Below are positions 60,738 through 64,000 of a stretch of 64,000 bases of DNA, in pieces (positions within the stretch are counted from its first letter, which is position 1; each line of letters begins with the position of its first letter). The notes beneath the pieces are model-generated. The model was not told the DNA's origin. It was given only the letters and a program-made list of their open reading frames with translations, and did no database searches. Source of the stretch: Myxococcota bacterium (lineage in GTDB: Bacteria > Myxococcota_A > Polyangia > Nannocystales > Nannocystaceae); contig JBCCHT010000019.1 in the NCBI GenBank assembly GCA_039028615.1, positions 1-64,000 of the forward strand. Reading direction: 5' to 3'. The translations under genes and the position numbers were made by a program.

Positions 60738-62042
60738 ATGACCTCATCCTCTCGAGACTCGAAGCGCGGCCTGTCGCGCCGCACCTTCCTCGGCGGCACC
60801 GCGGCCGTCGGCTCTGCGCTCGCGCTCCCGGGCAGTCGCGCCCGCGCCGGCTCGGTCGGGCCCGCTCGTCATCTCATCGTGGTCGTGGCGGCAGGAGGCT
60901 GGGACACCAGCTACGCCCTCGACCCCAAGCCGGGCAATACCAACGTCGACGTGCCGGATGGCGACATCCAGATGTTCGGGAACCTGCCGATCTGGACCGA
61001 CGCCAGTCGGCCCGCCACGACCGCGTTCTTCAGCGACTGGGCCGCTCATACCGCGGTGGTCAACGGCATCAACGTGCGGTCGATCGCCCACCCCGAGTGC
61101 CGCCGTCGGGTGATGACCGGGACCCCGGGCACGGGCCGCCCCGACGTCGCCGCGCTCACGGCCCAGCAGCACGGCCTCGAGCTCCCCGTGCCGTACATGA
61201 TCCTCGGCAACAACGCGTACACGGGGCCGCTCGCCTCCATCGCCGGCCGGGTCGGGCCCACCAACCAGATCAAGGCGCTGCTCGATCCCACCGAGGCCTA
61301 TCCCGCCCCCGACGGCTCGCCCTTCGCCCATGGCGGCTACGAGCCCACCGCGAACGACGAGGCGCTGATCCGCGACTATGTGGTGGCCAGCGCGGAGCGG
61401 GTGCGGGCCCAGCGGGGCCAGCGGGGTCACAACGCCGCCCGCATCGACGATTTCGTCGACTCGCTGGGGCGCGGCGACGTGCTGCGCACCCAGGCCGATG
61501 GCTTCGGCGCCCGCGGCCAGACCTTGAACTTCTCGGCCCAGGCGGACATGGCGGTTCGCGTGCTCTCCGAGGGCATCTCCCGCACCGTCAACATCGACAC
61601 GGGCATCAGCTGGGATACCCACGACGACAACGCGCCCCAAGCCGCGAGCCACGAGGCGCTGTTCACCCAGCTGTCATCGCTCGCGCAGTCGCTGGCCGAG
61701 ACCCCCGGAGTGCTCGGCGGCTCGACGCTGATGGACGAGACGGTGGTGATGGTGCTCTCGGAGATGAGCCGCACCCCGCGGCTCAACGCCGAGGGCGGCA
61801 AGGATCACTGGCCCGTCGCCAGCGCGATGGTGATGGGTGCGGGCGTGGCCGGAGGCCAGGTGCTGGGCGCGACCAACGACCTCGTGGAGGCCGAGCCCAT
61901 CGATCTCCAGACAGGCAAGGCAACCTCCGAGGGCACGCTGCTGTCCACGGGGAGCTTCGTCGGCGGCGTGCTCGAGCTGGTCGGCGTGGACCCGACCGAG
62001 CCCTTGCCCAACGACGAGCCGCTGCACGCCTTGAGCCGCTGA
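60738..62042 (+). CDS. DUF1501 family protein with Tat signal
   Basis: SRRTFL twin-Arg, GGWD...DPK, WDTH, SEMSRTPRLN...KDHW, GGQVLGAT. Confidence 0.9.
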   Translation: MTSSSRDSKRGLSRRTFLGGTAAVGSALALPGSRARAGSVGPARHLIVVVAAGGWDTSYALDPKPGNTNVDVPDGDIQMFGNLPIWTDASRPATTAFFSDWAAHTAVVNGINVRSIAHPECRRRVMTGTPGTGRPDVAALTAQQHGLELPVPYMILGNNAYTGPLASIAGRVGPTNQIKALLDPTEAYPAPDGSPFAHGGYEPTANDEALIRDYVVASAERVRAQRGQRGHNAARIDDFVDSLGRGDVLRTQADGFGARGQTLNFSAQADMAVRVLSEGISRTVNIDTGISWDTHDDNAPQAASHEALFTQLSSLAQSLAETPGVLGGSTLMDETVVMVLSEMSRTPRLNAEGGKDHWPVASAMVMGAGVAGGQVLGATNDLVEAEPIDLQTGKATSEGTLLSTGSFVGGVLELVGVDPTEPLPNDEPLHALSR

Positions 62043-62050
62043 AGCGCGGC

Positions 62051-62272
62051 TCAGGAGCAATCGTCTTGGCAGGCCTCGAGACACTCGAGGTACTCGTCGT
62101 TGCCCACCGCGTTGGCGTTATACGAGCAGGTCTCCTGCTCACAGGAGTTCATGCACTGCTCGGGGGTCTGGGTGCCCTTTTTCTTGCCCGCGCAGCCCAT
62201 GGCCACGGCCATGCCGACAAGCACACCCACCAGGGCCCCCACGCAGCGTTTTCCCGTCCCCTGCCCGATCAT
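62051..62272 (-). CDS. Small Cys-rich lipoprotein
   Basis: Lipobox AMGC; CxxxC...C and CxxxC...C patterns. Confidence 0.7.
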   Translation of the reverse strand: MIGQGTGKRCVGALVGVLVGMAVAMGCAGKKKGTQTPEQCMNSCEQETCSYNANAVGNDEYLECLEACQDDCS

Positions 62273-62306
62273 GGCTCGATCGTAGCAGGGTCGGGCTGCT
62301 TTGGCG

Positions 62307-62678
62307 CTAGGCCGAATCGGGCTCGGCACCGCCGTTCGGGGTTTGGGCCTTGATGATCAAGTAATGCAGCGACTTGTCGGGTGCTTCGTTGACGAGCTCG
62401 AGGGTCGCGCCCAAGGGCAGGTGCACCACCGCTCCCGGACCAAAGGGCTGGGGCACGCCGTTGACCTTGGCCTCGCCGTAGCCGGTCAGCCCGATCACGA
62501 TCTCGTCGTATTCGTGCTGCACGTGACGCCCCACCGAGCCGCTCTCCTCCAGCACGCACGACAGCACCGCGGTGAACGGAGGCGCCGCGCGTCCTTCGAG
62601 CAGGTCCCAGACCATGACGCGGCCGCGGCCGCCGAAGAGAGAATCGCGAACGTCGGGGGGACCTCGGCCGATCTGCAT
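62307..62678 (-). CDS. Cupin domain protein
   Basis: VGRHVQHEYDEIVI..GYG, GAVVHLP...ELVN. Confidence 0.8.
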   Translation of the reverse strand: MQIGRGPPDVRDSLFGGRGRVMVWDLLEGRAAPPFTAVLSCVLEESGSVGRHVQHEYDEIVIGLTGYGEAKVNGVPQPFGPGAVVHLPLGATLELVNEAPDKSLHYLIIKAQTPNGGAEPDSA

Positions 62679-62710
62679 GACGGCCCGATGCTACGGCGGG
62701 TGGCGCGGGG

Positions 62711-63871
62711 CTACCAGGCCGCCATGACCGCGGTGGTGTTGTGGAAGCCCTCGATGCTCCCGCCGAAGCGGGCGATTTCGCCGTAGCAGGCCATGCCCAC
62801 CATGGGAAAGCTACGTCCGCCCATGAACGCCGCCACCTGCTCTTGGTAGCGATCGCCCAGGAGCTGCCAGCGCGCCGAGCAGTCGAACACGAGCGAGCCG
62901 CGGATCGCCGACTTGTTCAGCGGCTCGAGGACCCGGCTGGACAGCTCGGTCGCCGCCCCGATGAGCTGGTCGGGGCTGGCGGTCACCACCCGCACGATGG
63001 TGCCCGGCGGCAACGCGCTCGCGAGCTGCACCGAGCCATCCTCGCCGATGCTCAGCGGGGCGCGAATCTTGAGCTCGTTGCCGAAGACCGTCTTGGCCCC
63101 GAGCTCGTACTTGGCCATGACGGGGAAGGGATCTTCGACATTGTCGAGCACCCCCAGGCGACGGAGCTCGGACGCATAGGCATGGGCCGCCGGCTCGCCG
63201 TTGATGGTGAGCAGCCGGTTGCCCTCGATCCCGGTCACGATCATCGCGTGACCACCCGGAGCCGGGCACCAGCCGTGGCGCGTGGCCAATGACGGCACCG
63301 CCTCGGAGAACAGCCCCACCATGACCGCGCCGTGCTCATAGACCTCGCCGTGCACGATGATGCGGGTGCCCGTGAACTTCCAGCCGTCGCCCGCGGTGCC
63401 GCCGAAGAGCCGCCAATGCGGAGGCACGGCATCGGTGATGGCCGAGAGCAAGGCCTCGCCGTCGCACGCATAGGCGTCGGCCAAGGTGAGCAGGGCGTGG
63501 CTCCGCATGACGTGGGCTCGCGCCGCTTCGACGATGGGACGCACCGCCCGGGCAATGCCCTCGTCGGGGTTGGCCTCGAGCTGAGGTACCACCCCGATGG
63601 AGAACGCCAGGTCGGGGCCGCCCAATACGGCAGCCACGGGTAGGTCCTCGGTGACGCCACGCTCGGTGAACGCGGCCCCGCCCGTCGTCGCTCCGACCAC
63701 TGGACCGCCCAAGCCTTCCTCGGCGGCCCGCACGTAGGCGAGATGATCGACGCCGACGGGAAGGAAGAGCAGCGCCATCCGATCCCCGCTCAAGCGGGTA
63801 GCGACTTGCTTCATCTCTCGTTCCAGTGCGGCGGGTCCCCCCGCCACTGGACCGACACTCACGATATCCAT
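62711..63871 (-). CDS. Stand-alone FIST (FIST_N + FIST_C) sensory domain protein
   Basis: VVGATTGG, FGGTAGD, HGW, LVFDCSAR, GMACYGEI, FHNTT. Confidence 0.9.
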   Translation of the reverse strand: MDIVSVGPVAGGPAALEREMKQVATRLSGDRMALLFLPVGVDHLAYVRAAEEGLGGPVVGATTGGAAFTERGVTEDLPVAAVLGGPDLAFSIGVVPQLEANPDEGIARAVRPIVEAARAHVMRSHALLTLADAYACDGEALLSAITDAVPPHWRLFGGTAGDGWKFTGTRIIVHGEVYEHGAVMVGLFSEAVPSLATRHGWCPAPGGHAMIVTGIEGNRLLTINGEPAAHAYASELRRLGVLDNVEDPFPVMAKYELGAKTVFGNELKIRAPLSIGEDGSVQLASALPPGTIVRVVTASPDQLIGAATELSSRVLEPLNKSAIRGSLVFDCSARWQLLGDRYQEQVAAFMGGRSFPMVGMACYGEIARFGGSIEGFHNTTAVMAAW

Positions 63872-64000
63872 GACCACTACCTTTTTGCCTGCCTCGATCG
63901 TGGAGGTATTCCTCCACCGTAGGGAACCACCGCTCCCGCGGTCAATCGGTCCTTAAGTGCCGATACCGTCCGGGTTAAATCGGGAACGGAGTTAAGCTCA

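Overview
High-GC, densely coding 64 kb window. The gene content points to a myxobacterium, probably Nannocystaceae-like (inference): two Ser/Thr kinase-TPR proteins, a MYXO-CTERM protease, myxobacterial Cys-rich repeats, many lipoproteins with acidic or Thr-rich linkers, and a DUF1501 pair. The window opens with the end of a type VI secretion locus (partial tssC, then tssA with a duplicated ImpA_N domain). It continues through a cluster of secreted zinc proteases, a GntR-C45 hydrolase pair, a GH30 lipoprotein, a fused E1 alpha/beta dehydrogenase, a secreted protein plus divergent di-heme cytochrome pair, a HAD plus amino-methyltransferase pair, a GcvT-like gene with two phytoene-dehydrogenase/PYROXD2-like oxidoreductases, a phosphoesterase-cupin-phosphoesterase operon, PaaX-desaturase, a class III aminotransferase, TrmH, pyrC, a CxxCH protein/DUF1501 pair and a FIST protein. 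I recognised no rRNA, tRNA, CRISPR array, integrase or transposase. Best candidates for undescribed systems: (1) the di-heme MauG/CcP-superfamily lipoprotein that appears to lack the canonical catalytic residues, with its coupled secreted partner; (2) the Trp-rich N-domain metallophosphoesterase plus cupin module; (3) the HAD plus DAPW-motif methyltransferase pair; (4) the split flavin/folate demethylase-like trio; (5) a window-wide pattern of TANNNT -10 boxes 6-11 nt before start codons, suggesting leaderless or short-leader transcription. All family calls come from reading motifs by eye, with no database search.
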